From Gracilinanus agilis (lineage: Eukaryota), in contig NC_058131.1 in NCBI RefSeq assembly GCF_016433145.1, positions 619,825,550 through 619,889,549 of the forward strand: a DNA stretch of 64,000 nt, given 5' to 3'. Position 1 is the first letter of the stretch. Every line of letters begins with the position of its first letter. Positions 12,865 to 26,011 of the stretch are shown one piece after another. The notes beneath the pieces are model-generated. The model saw only the letters and a list, made by a program, of their open reading frames with translations. It had not been told where the DNA came from and did not search any database. The position numbers and the translations under genes were made by a program.

Positions 12865-15257
12865 CTGAGAAGTAGGGAACAGCAGAGTTTCTATTAGGGA
12901 CCCAGGCTTCGTCCCCTCACCCCTCCCAGGGCACCACCGCCACTAAACCAGGTTGGCAGGGTCTGGAAGGGACCAGGCAGCCTTTTCCCTAAGTCGGGGA
13001 GAGAATTCTTCTCTTCTCTTCCTATCTTCCCCTACCCCAAAGAAAACATTCCTGCTTCATTGGAGCAGGGAGTTCTTCAAGAATGGAAAATAGGAGGAAG
13101 CAAAAAGCTGGACCTTCACCAGCTTTCTCAGAGCACAACCGTAATAATTCGGGTTATTAGAAGTAAGGGTCAGGATAAATTATTGACGATTGGGTGGGGG
13201 GGCGGAGAAGAGCGAAAGAAGGAGAGGAACACCTTGTAACTCCAGGCATCTTTTAAAAGTCAGACTAAAACGAACTGGTTCAAGGAGGCCTGCTCCTTTC
13301 CTTCCTTCTGTTTCAGTATAGCCCAAGTGCCGCGGCAGGAAACAGCCCACAAACTCGCTCGTGGTGGCCCAGAGCTGTGACCTGCTAACTGGACTAACCT
13401 GCCCACTCTCTATAGCTGAGAAGGGAGATTGGGGGCGGGGGTGTAACGACACTCCAAGCTCTCCTCAGCTCTCGACGAACCCGCGTCCCCAACTTTCTAC
13501 AAATCCCTCGGGTTTCGGCCTGGTATACGACTCGACTCGGCCTCAACCCAAAGCCCGGCTCAGAAGGACAGTCTGGCCGGCTCAGATTGTCCGAGCTTCA
13601 GCCAAAGCCAAAGCTACAAAGGGAGCCTCTGGTGCTCCTAGCGCACTCAGATTCCCCGCTTCCTCCTTTGACCTGCCCCATTTCTTCCCGGGTTTCTTAA
13701 CTTGTCACACGGGCCTAGGAGAAGAAAAGAGACTACGGCCCGGCATCTTTGGGCTCCCATTCGGGGAAGGGATTGGATGGAATTTTTTCCCCTCATTTAA
13801 CTTCTTCGCTCGAGCTGGAAAAGCAGCAAGCTGCGATTCCCATATTTTCCAACGACTGTCTTTACTTATTATTGTTTCATTATTCATATTTAAGATGGGA
13901 AGGGAGAGATAATCTATCTTTGCACGCCGGGAGGAGATTTTAAATTTAATCTTAGCAGCCTGCCGGGACTATTCTTTTTCCTAGCTGAAGTAGCTCTTTT
14001 TGCCTTCGATTCCCAGGCACCCGGAGAAATAACTTTTGTGATCGAAAGTTTGCGTCATTTTATTTTGTTAACGTTGATCCTTTTGCACATAGTCTCTGTA
14101 CTTCGGGGGGGGGGGTCCCTGGCTATTATTCAAATAACGGGGGGAATCTTAAACTTTACTAGGAGATCCGTAGAGAGTAATGGGTGAGAGATCTCTGCAG
14201 GAACGATACACTTAAGCCAAAAACACAGTACAACAGAAAGCTATAAACAAACCCAAACTCAATGGTCAAGTTCAGGCAGAGTTTAGGGAGATTTCGGGTC
14301 AGTGAAAAAAAAAAAAAGAAAAAGGAAATATGCAAAGAATGACTGAAGGCGGAGGACACCCCTTCTTTACCTCCAACAGCAGGAACATTAAGGGTTAATC
14401 TACGGCCAGCTGCGTTTTGATCGACTGCGCTCAAAAGTGGCTTTTCCCCCTCATCTGATTACTAATTACTCTTGCTACCTAAACCCTTTCCCGTAGGTTG
14501 AGGTCTCGCTCTCTTTCTCTCCCCAAGAAAAAAAAATGAGAGTGAAAGAGAGAGAGAAAAAAAATTTTAAACCAACCAAACAGCCTACACTACAGACCCT
14601 TATCTCCCAACTGGGTTAATTTCTTTTAAAGAAAGAAAAACAATAAACGAGACCAAACCCGCCTTTCTGTCGTGGCTCCAGGGCGCTGTAATTTACCAGG
14701 TCTTCGCGAGCCTGACTTCAGACGGTGATTCCACCCGATTTCTAACTTCCTCCCCACATTTCTAAAAATCTAAATGAAATAAATGGACTTTATCGAAGAG
14801 TGGTAGGGAATCCACTCCAAGAGATGAAGAGGAGTCAGTGGCCGGGGTGGTAGGGTGGTGATCAGACTGAGACTGAAGGAGGTGTGGCGTGCAAGGTAAA
14901 AGAGTTTCTAACGAAACCGAGGCAAAAGTGGCTGTCCCAGTCCCAGTAGACTGCCTTATACAGCCCCAGAGCTGGTGCAACAACTGAAAGTATTGAGGTA
15001 GAGGGATTGGGGGGGGGGGGGGATCGGTTTAGAGAACAATCTGGCTCGCAGCTTTCCCCTGCGTTTACCTTCACACAATGAACACGGTAGCTTTTTCTCT
15101 TCCAGTGCCTCGCCAAACGTCCCTCACTGAGCCCCTCTTCGGACTATGACTATTTCTCCGTCCTTCTCCCTTTCCCAAAAGGGTCACCTCGTTTTGGGGA
15201 GGGAAAGAGGAGGAGAAAACGAAGTAGCTAGAATCTCTAGATCTCTTTCTGCTTTCA

Positions 15258-15893
<636 letters not shown>

Positions 15894-16263
15894 TCAGCAG
15901 TGCGCTGGCTCCGATGCCGAGTTTCGGGGAGAAAAAAAATGATATTTTTTGTTGTGCTGTCGAAAAGGAAAAAAAAAGAAAAGAAAAGGGGGAGGGGGGA
16001 AGGAGAGGCAACGGGAAGGAGCCCGAAAATCTTGAACCAGAACGCACCCAAAGATGAGAGAGGGGGAAAAAAAATCCTTCCAGAAGAGTTTGCAGGCTGG
16101 GATGGGGAGGGGTATTTTTTTTTCTTTTTGGCGAGGTAGCGTGGGGGACCCAGAGCTGCGGGCAGAGAAAAGAAGGGGGGAAAAAGTTTCTCGAGGGAGA
16201 AAAAAAAAGTTTCCTCTCTTCTGCAAAAGGCGGGCAGGGCACCCTAAGTCCAAAGACAATCCA

Positions 16264-16451
16264 NNNNNNNNNNNNNNNNNNNNNNNNNNNNNNNNNNNNN
16301 NNNNNNNNNNNNNNNNNNNNNNNNNNNNNNNNNNNNNNNNNNNNNNNNNNNNNNNNNNNNNNNNNNNNNNNNNNNNNNNNNNNNNNNNNNNNNNNNNNNN
16401 NNNNNNNNNNNNNNNNNNNNNNNNNNNNNNNNNNNNNNNNNNNNNNNNNNN
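16264..16451. other. Sized assembly gap (188 N)
   Basis: N run in GC-rich DNA. Confidence 0.99.
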
Positions 16452-16574
16452 GAACCTGGAGGGCTGGATCCGGGCCCGGAGTGGAACGGAGTCGGGGGCT
16501 GCCTGTGCCGCTGCTCTTGCGATCTTCGACTCTGCGCCTTCTCCCAGCGCTCACCGAGGCGGCGGCAGCTGCAG

Positions 16575-16737
16575 TTTCTTCGCCTTCTCCTCCTCTTCCT
16601 CTTTCTTCGTCCCCTCCTCCTCCTCTTCCTTCTTCTTCGTCTCCTCCTCCTCTTCCTCCTCTCCCTCCTCCTCCTCCTTCCCCACCTCCTTCTTTTTCTC
16701 CCCCGCCTCCTCCTCCACCTCTACCACCACTCCCTCC
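16575..16737. repeat. (TCC/TCT/TTC)n polypyrimidine low-complexity tract
   Basis: About 160 bp almost entirely C/T on the + strand. Confidence 0.9.
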
Positions 16738-17699
16738 GGGGCGCCCAGGTCCCAGCAGAGTCCCCGCCGGCCGCTGCCGCCGCCACCGTCCGCAGCTTCC
16801 CCTCCCAACCCGAGCCAGCTGCCGCGGGGGCAGGTAGGAGAGCACAGATTCCTCCCGCGCCCTCCGTCGCTTCTCATTCCAGACTTGAGCCCGGGGGAGG
16901 AGGGAATGGGACGCATGGGGAGGGCTAAAGGGGGCTGGCTTGGGGTGAGGGTGGGAGAAACTATTATATTTCTCCGTCCCCCTCCCCCTCCTGAGGGCAA
17001 AACTTAATGTTGTCTCCTAGGCGAAGAGTAAACTCTCAGAGCTGTCCCCTCCCCTTCTCTGCTACACCCCCCCCCTTTTCCAAACTTGTATTCCAAAAGG
17101 TCTCTGGGACAGAGAGGGTCCAAGTGACCTTGCCCCATTAGGCATTTGGCAAATTGATGCCCCCTTCAAAGGGCAAACGGAGCCGACTACTAAACTCGTT
17201 CCTTCTCTTAATCAAGACACCCATTTTTCTTCTCCCCGGTGGTGATTAGTACCTCTACCTTCCAAAGACCCAGCCCCTCCACCATCACACATATAGACAC
17301 TTCCTTATCAAAGTCCTGGGGAAAAGAGAGGTCGTGTGGCCGAGGTAGATGCAGATGCAGTTTGTGTCTTAGCGGTAATTGTTATTATCTTTGTTATTAA
17401 CATTGTTGCTAATGTCATTTATTAAAGCATCTACCTCGGTGCCCCACCCTGGATTGTTAATTGCTATGTCTGGGAGAGCACTGGGAGCAGTGAGAGTGAG
17501 TCGAATCTCAGGTTCCAGTCAGGAAGAGGACTAGAACAGTGAGAGTGAGTTGAATCTCAGGCTCCAGACCTTGTCCGTATTTTCGAGTTTGCCTTTGGTT
17601 TTGGGATGATTTTAGGGCTGAGTTCCCTCATCCCTATTGGTTAGCGCCGAGGAATAATTATGATCACATCCCGAGGCTGCTGGCTGCTGCTTACTGTTT

Positions 17700-17854
17700 N
17701 NNNNNNNNNNNNNNNNNNNNNNNNNNNNNNNNNNNNNNNNNNNNNNNNNNNNNNNNNNNNNNNNNNNNNNNNNNNNNNNNNNNNNNNNNNNNNNNNNNNN
17801 NNNNNNNNNNNNNNNNNNNNNNNNNNNNNNNNNNNNNNNNNNNNNNNNNNNNNN
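17700..17854. other. Sized assembly gap (155 N)
   Basis: N run. Confidence 0.99.
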
Positions 17855-20194
17855 GCGTACTTTAAATCTATTACGCCTTGGCGGTGTAATTTATCTTAAG
17901 GACGCAGAAATGCTTGTGTTGAGTGAATAGGTTGCCGAGGAACCTGAGAGAAAGTAGACCGGGAGGGGAAGCCGGCAAGAGGGTGACTGGGCGGTGGGAT
18001 GGGGGTGGAGGCTAGATAGAAATAGAAGCTTGATATACACATTTTGAGGAGGCGACTACAGAAAAAACTCCCGTAGACCCGGTGTCTGGACACACATTTC
18101 TGCCGAAAGTGATTATCTGAGGATCTCTTTTGCCCAGTGGGTGACCCTATCCCTCACACACACCCTCATCCTCTCATTTCCCCTTCTTCATTTATTTGCT
18201 TGTTTATGGATTTTTTTTTTTTTGGTTAGTGTTGGCGGCAAAAGGGACTGGGAATGGGGGTGTCTTTGGAAATCTCGTCAGAAAATTGGATTCTACATAA
18301 TATATTGGACATTTAGGGCTTAAATATCCCAACACATTAGTGACTGGAATATCGGGCTAAAAAGTTTTCTTGCATACCCCATCCTAAACTCGGCGATTTC
18401 TGTAACTGGCGCCGACTTGCAAGAGCATACACATCTTGTACCCATACACTCCACCCATACACATACATATCCAGCTAGTAGAGAAAAAGCGGTTGCCAGA
18501 AGATTCCGTGGTCTCTTTAGGGTAAACCCCTTACCTCCCCACCCCCATCACTGCACTTTCCCAATTGCTTTCGTAGCTGGGAGCTAACGGAGCAGGGGTC
18601 GTGTCCTGGGTTTCACCCTTTGCCCAGGGCTGCCCCTCCCCCCCCCAGGGAGTTGGACTGCACCTGGTGGTTTCCTTGAGGGCCTGAGCTGACTGAGAAA
18701 CTGGGCCCAGCTCCCTGGAATGGGGGTACTTGGGAGAAGAAATCTCTAACCTGCATGGTGCTGTTGGAGTGTGTGTGTTTGGCAAGATGGGGTGGACCTA
18801 GGAGACAGGTGACAGGAAAACTGATTCCCTTAGCCTCTCCTAAAAGAAGGAAATAGTCCCATCCCCTGCCACACACTAACTCCCTGCCCCAGCCTTCACC
18901 CCATCCCACTATCCATTATCCCACGAGCATATGAAGTCAGAAGTCCTTCAAATATCCTAACTTCTCCAGTTAGGAACAGTAAAGAGATTTGCTGCAACTC
19001 GGAGTGTATCCTCCGCGGTTGTGTGTGTGTATTTATGGGAGCTTGTGGCAGTGGGGAGGAGGGAGAAGCGTTGGAAAGCACGTTAATATCATAAAGAATT
19101 TTTAAGTCTAAGTTTTAGAATGGACCTGACACCCAGGGGGCCATAAGTGGGACTCTGTAACCCCCAACAGTTTTTCAAATCAAAAAGAGACACAAAACTT
19201 GGGCCTGTTGTTCCCACGAAGTTAACCAGGTCCAGGCAAGAAGAATTCAGAGAGTCTGGGGATAGAGCTGAGAAATACATCTGGGCTAAGGATGGTGGGA
19301 GGAAGTCTTCTTTGGAGAGATTTTTTTTTCTTTTCCCACCCCCTCCAGTTTCACAACCTGCCCACTTGCACTCATTTGTAGGTCAGTGCCACAGGCCGTG
19401 GGTCCCTAGGCTCTAGAGCCCCGTGTTTGGAAATTTCTGGTGAGGTGTAGCCTGGAATTGTCCGACTCAGTGGGTTCTGGGAAACTCATGGCTGGCTTAG
19501 ATGAATTCAAATCAGTGGGATCTGGACACAAAGCACCAAGGACTACCCGGAAGATGCTAAGACCCAAATAACCTTGGATGTATTTTTATTTATTGGCGAG
19601 GATTGAAGTGGGAATGATGGGTGTGCAATTACAAAAGGTATTACTGGGAACCAAAGAGTCGGTAGCATCATCCCCAACCTTTCAGGCCCTGCGAGCTGAC
19701 ACTGAAAAGCGTTTTCTAAAACTCCCCACCCTGCACCGGAGGAGGCCTCGGATACCCAGCTGGTCCTGTGGTGGAGCAACTGAACCCCAGAAGAATGGAC
19801 CCTGGAAAACCTTGCACCTTTCTTGCCCTAACCTTTCCTGGATTGCCCCGTTTTCTGGACTAGAGGCGCAGTCACGATTTCGGTTTGAAATAGATTTGGG
19901 TCACACCGTCTTTGTGTGGGTACTCTGCCTAGAATGGGCCACGGACTTCAGTGACTCCTCTTGTCACCAGCCTTCTCCCTTAATGCATTTCATAGCGTTT
20001 CCCACAACTCGGAGATCCGCAAGAGTGGTGGTGGGAAGGGAGTTATTGTTTATAAATCACCCCCGACCTTCTTTCCAAAGTGAATTATTTACCGAGAGCC
20101 AGGCGAATGCAAAACTCGCCCGAAAGCGGCGCAAATGTCCTGGTTTTGCTTTCCCTGATACGAGGTTTGGGGAGTCCAGCCCCTGGGTGAGACG

Positions 20195-20335
20195 NNNNNN
20201 NNNNNNNNNNNNNNNNNNNNNNNNNNNNNNNNNNNNNNNNNNNNNNNNNNNNNNNNNNNNNNNNNNNNNNNNNNNNNNNNNNNNNNNNNNNNNNNNNNNN
20301 NNNNNNNNNNNNNNNNNNNNNNNNNNNNNNNNNNN
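20195..20335. other. Sized assembly gap (141 N)
   Basis: N run. Confidence 0.99.
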
Positions 20336-23300
20336 GGAGGAGAGCAGGTAGGGGAGACTATTAGTCTACTAAACACACAGTTTAATGCGCTTCTTATGAG
20401 CCCTAAATATCGATAAATAGATTTCTCCTAGTTCTCAGTCCTCTGACGGCATATTAAGTACGGATAATCTATGGTAATTCATGCGCCCGTACCTCGGAAG
20501 CACAGGGGACGGGTTCACAAGTTAAAGACCCGCGACATGAGGGAATCCAAAGGTGAGTTACTCATTAAAGGCCAGGGGAGTCTTGCTTGGCCAAAGCACG
20601 AGATCGGGAAAGTTCGGGGCACGCAGTCTAGCTGCTTCTCTGCGTTCAGGTGCTTCCAAGGCCGACTACTGGCTCACTCCAGAGTCTCTTCAGAAATCTG
20701 CAGACTAACAGGTGGTGACTTAGATGGCGCAGCTCAGCTCAGCGCTAAAGCTCTGTTTGGAGAGCTTGCCACTATCCCTCTTCGCCCTCGATTTACCCAG
20801 CCCTATCTCGAACCCGATTTTGTCCCAGGAATTAGGTCCTTGACCCCAGCGTAGCGGGTGAAAGGATATTTCTGCGACGAGTCCGTGCGTGAGTGCGTGA
20901 TGACTTGGAGAGGGTGATTGGATCCAATCAGAGCGAAGCTGTCCCCTGAGCCAGTAGGGTCAAAGGTGTGCGGAGCAATAGAGACTGAGGCTATCATACA
21001 GAATCAGAGCGAGGTTGAGTCTTCCAATTCTGAGAAACGCAAATAGGTCTAAGTACAATTCCATGGACTTTCAGAAGTGTACTCCCCTGTCTGCACGCCC
21101 TAGATAAAGTCAAATTAACTCTATAGACACCAGGCATTAAATTCCTTCACGAGAGGGCCATTTATACTGAAGAATAATCGAGTCTTAAGAGTTCAAGGCA
21201 AAGGGTAGACTTGGGTTGAGGTAGCCCCCCCGGGACCAGTTCTCTAGGTCTTGGTCACTCCTTTACCCACCATGGGGCACATTTAACAAGGCAATGGGAA
21301 GAGGGAGGCTCCCTTGTCTAGGTTCCTTAGATGTCTTTAAAAAGAAGTCTGTCAGAATGGGATTTCAGGACCGCGATCTTGTTTTTTCCATTTCGTTACT
21401 TTTCTCAGATCCAGGTTACACTGAAGTAAACTCTTTCATGCCCGAAGAGTTGTTATCAAGGGCAATATTCGGTGTGTATGTAACCTATGGCATGATGCAG
21501 ACCCGAAGCACCGTGTGTTTAATATGTGCATGTACATTTATGTTGGGATTAATTAACTGAGACGTTTAGAGACAAATTCAGGGCACACTTTAGAGTGCAT
21601 CACAGTGCGCTGATGGCATGCTATAAATTCTGAGTAAGGGTATTAAAAAGTGAAGTGGGCATCGACTGGGAGATATCTAGAAGGGCTCCCTAATTGGTCA
21701 AATTAACCAGAGAAGGTCTTCTGTGAATAAAGGTATCAATTGATTGCATTTCATTCCATTAATTTTTTCCTGCTCTCTTAGTTTCTCAGCACACAGGGAG
21801 AGGGACGGTACAAATGCGAAAATTGGAAATTTAATTCCCCCCACCCCCACCCCGGTGACATGCAAATAAATAAAGGAATGCCCTGCTCCCCACCTCTTTG
21901 CGACTTAGGCAGCTCTCGCTCGCATAGGAGCCAGATTGGTGTGTGAGCAGCGCCGCCTACTGGTCTCACAAGCACGAAACCACAAAAGAAGTTTGGAGGG
22001 ACCTGCCCTTTCAGAGTTCTCAGCAATCCATCCATTAGCCGCTGACTTTTATCCTTCCGTACACCTCCCCCCTTCCCCAGCCCCACCCCACCCCCCAGCC
22101 GCTCTAGAGCGCAGATGCCCAGTGACTGAGCAAGGGTGACTGGGGGAGAGAGGAAAGAAAGCGAGGTGGCCTCTGCCAAGGACAAAGAAAGTTGCACTTC
22201 TTCCTTACCCCCAACCCACAGCCTCCCAATTCTTTATACCTGCTGCCAAGAGTCCCACCCTGAGCGAGTGTGTGCGAGCCGATCTGAGCACTAAATCCGT
22301 CGGCTCCAGCGTAGTGGACTTATTGTGATTCACTTTACAAAATCCCGGGAAGCTGGTACGCTCTTATAACTAACATAAGGTCGCTTTAAACAAATTATTC
22401 TTCGTTTTTCCCCTCCACTTTTGGGATAAGAGAATGAGCCTCACTCCCGTCCTGGCCACGCCTCCAGGTCAATAGTTGAGGTGCGGCGAAAGTCTCGAAG
22501 GACGGGTTGTGCCCCTGCGCCCGAACCACAGGGGCAGCAAAAGGAGCAAGAACGTACTGGACGTGGCCAACTTAGTTTCGGATGATTAAAGTTCTCTCCT
22601 GTCTGCGCCGTTTTGTCCAACTATTAGCGAGACAAAGTAGTTCAGTTGGCATTAGATCGGAGGAGGGAACGACATCTTGGCGTCCTCTGTCCCCCCTTCC
22701 TCTCCTGAGAGATAACATATTCCTTGAGGGGAAGAGAGGGAAGAAGAGGACAAAAGCCAAGGGACAGTTTCTTCCTGAGGCTCGCTCCGCATCCCCTCTT
22801 CTGTTTCCTTGCCTCCCAGAGAGAGTCTCATCGCCTTCAACTTTCCCAGTATCCGGAAGCTCTCTCTCTTCTTCTCCCAGCTCCAAAAGGTGTTTATGCA
22901 CGTAATGTGGGTAAATAGAAGCCGAACACCTCTTCTGGAAACCCGTATAGAGTGAACGTGCTGGGTGAGCTGGTTGCTTCGTGAGGTCCACAGGCAACCT
23001 GGAGGTGCTGATTGAATGGCTTATCCCTTCCATTCCCTCCCCCGCCCGAATGACTGGGATGGCTCTAGAAACTTTGATCCCCAGAACGCTGTTCAGGGAA
23101 ATCCGGCTTTAAGCAAACAGGTGAAGCCTTTCCTTTCCTCAACCAATATCTTGGAGATTGTGCTGCATCTCCTTTTGGAGGCCCTACTCCTTACCATCGA
23201 TTTAAATCTCCTCCTGCTTTCATATCTCTCATAGTTTTCCTCCGCCAGGAAAAAAAAAATTCAAGGACAAACATTAAACTCAGAAGCGAACTTTGGACTT

Positions 23301-24559
23301 TGTTTATTGAATCATAGTTGTCCGATCTCTTATTTTCTTTTGCCGCTTTTAAACTCATGTATATACCTTGGGACCTCGAAGCCCCAACCCCCACCCAACC
23401 TAGCATATCTTCACTTTCCCATCTGACAAGACTTTAACATTTAAACACGAGTGAAGTGGTGGTTCCGGTTCTGGCCCAACTTCTAACTAACTGGGTTTAG
23501 TCGCTTTTAAAAAATCCATTACAAGATCGAAGAATGTTAACTCCGATCGAGACTCTAGAGGTCATCCAGCCACCCAAGGGCTTCCTTTTACAAATGAAAG
23601 CTTCAGGACAGAAGGGGAGGGCGACTGGCCCAAGGTGACACAACTATTAAGTGGCAGAGAAAGAATTCGAACCAGATCTTCAGAATCCTTTGACTCCAAG
23701 TCCATTATAACTTTTCTTGTCCGGGTCCCATTCAGCCCCACTCCTATCCCCCCTCTACCTTAAGCAGGCGTTCTTTCACCTCCTCCAACTCCTATTAAGG
23801 GTTCTAAGGTTTAAAAAAAAAAAAAAAACACTCTTTCTCCATTATCTGCTCTCAATCTAATTTGGGATTTTCTGCAATATGGAGGAAGGAGACAAAGAAG
23901 GAAACTACAGCCAGGTCTTTAAATAAGGCTTTGATCTTATTTAGAGAGTTTGGAGTTGTCTCCATTTCAGTGGGGGAAAGAAACCGGAAAAGAGGACTCG
24001 ACTTTTTTTCCCCGAGTGGCGGTATTCAGTTTGTTCCTAGGCAAATTCCTGGATACTAAAAGATTCCCCACTTGAGAGTCTCCTGGGTCCCAGGCTTCTT
24101 TTTCCTTTCTCTGTTTGGGCGCCAGGGGAGCCTTCAGAAGAGACATGAACAAGCAAGTAACCACCCCAGTGGCCAACCACTCTGGAAGGAGGGTCCTGGT
24201 TTCCTTTCTATTTTTTCCACTTGAAATTTCGTGTTTTCTGTCAAAGACCCAGAGGTTGTCCTGGTTTAACCCTGACTTCGCAGAGTCCGTGGTGAGTGAG
24301 TAGTACTCTAACCCTAATTTCTCCCCTCCCTACAGGAGATGCCGGAACAATGAAGCCCAAACGCCTGGCACAGTTTTTTAGCTCTCTGGTTTATTCCAGA
24401 TCCCGGACTCGGGCAAAACCACAAAGCTACATCACAATTTCCCTTCATTTCATAGATCTTTGTGGAATGGATTTTGCTCGTCTTCCCTGGTTCCATTGGT
24501 CTCTCCTAGACAACATTTGAATATGGGAAAGACCTTTGATTTCTTTGATAACTCTAATA

Positions 24560-25070
24560 TGGACTAACATTTATATAGCACTTTTAAAGGTTGCAAAACT
24601 TTTAAAGTATGTTTCCCTTTGAGCCTCAGAACAATCTGGTGAGGTATGCAGATATTCCAGGTGGTATTTTTATTTCCACTTTAGAGACCAGGAAACTGAG
24701 GCTCCGAGATGTTAAATAATTTGCCCAAAGTTACAAAGCTAATAAATGAAAGAAGCTGAACTTAACGCAGGTCTTCCTATTCCAAGTCCAGGACTCTATC
24801 ATATTGAAGACACTCTTTTATATAACACTGACATTTACACAGCTCTTCCTATATAATTTAATCTTCCCAACAGTCCCTTGAGTTAGTTACTGTTAGTCCC
24901 ATTCTGCAAAGAAGAAAACAGGCTTAACTAGGATAAATTACTTGCTTATGGTCAAATAACAAACAAGAGTCAAAGGCAATTCACAAAAAACATGCATTTT
25001 TTTTAATTAGAGGAGGAATTTGAACCCAGATCTTTTTCTATTCTAGGTCTAGCTCTTTTGCAACAACATT
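24560..25070 (-). mobile_element. Two tandem MIR-family fragments
   Basis: aacatttatatagcactttt...gaaactgaggctccgagatgttaaataatttgcccaaagttac, then a second copy ending gaatttgaacccagatc. Confidence 0.65.
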
Positions 25071-25419
25071 AGCTTCTTCTCTAGATAACAATAAATCCCT
25101 CTTTCTCTGGAAGAGAAATATTGGAAATGATTGGGGGCCTAGGAATGGAGGCTGTAACTTTTTCGTGAGTAAATCGTATCTTTGTCACACCACTGGTAGT
25201 CTGTAGTAGTGAAAACTTGTAAAAGGTGGGGGTGGGTAGACAGAAACAGAGAGGCAAAGATAGAAAAAGAGACAAAGTGATAAGAGAGAGGCAGAGAGAG
25301 ACGGAAAACAAAGACGGAGAAAAAAGAGAGCCAGAGACTTCAGGATGGAAAGTGAATGAAAAGACTTGCTCCTTTCCTTCCTCACCCAGAGCATCCTCGA
25401 ACTGGTTAAAGCATAGACT

Positions 25420-25919
25420 NNNNNNNNNNNNNNNNNNNNNNNNNNNNNNNNNNNNNNNNNNNNNNNNNNNNNNNNNNNNNNNNNNNNNNNNNNNNNNNNN
25501 NNNNNNNNNNNNNNNNNNNNNNNNNNNNNNNNNNNNNNNNNNNNNNNNNNNNNNNNNNNNNNNNNNNNNNNNNNNNNNNNNNNNNNNNNNNNNNNNNNNN
25601 NNNNNNNNNNNNNNNNNNNNNNNNNNNNNNNNNNNNNNNNNNNNNNNNNNNNNNNNNNNNNNNNNNNNNNNNNNNNNNNNNNNNNNNNNNNNNNNNNNNN
25701 NNNNNNNNNNNNNNNNNNNNNNNNNNNNNNNNNNNNNNNNNNNNNNNNNNNNNNNNNNNNNNNNNNNNNNNNNNNNNNNNNNNNNNNNNNNNNNNNNNNN
25801 NNNNNNNNNNNNNNNNNNNNNNNNNNNNNNNNNNNNNNNNNNNNNNNNNNNNNNNNNNNNNNNNNNNNNNNNNNNNNNNNNNNNNNNNNNNNNNNNNNNN
25901 NNNNNNNNNNNNNNNNNNN
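25420..25919. other. Fixed-size 500-N scaffold gap (EMX2 block / ARAP3 block junction)
   Basis: Exactly 500 N. Confidence 0.99.
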
Positions 25920-26011
25920 TTTTTTTTATCTCTTTCCTCATCTCCCTGTGTTCCACCTGATATTTAACTCTGTCTTCTCTCTCTCTGTTTCTGCCTTCCT
26001 TTCACCTGCAG

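Noticed and set aside
19578-20194. ATG-initiated ORF of about 205 codons in the EMX2OS orientation
   Set aside because: No recognisable domain, no splice context, and it runs into a gap. By rough estimate one ORF of this length in 64 kb of about 50% GC DNA is not far from chance. PhyloCSF or ribosome profiling would be needed.
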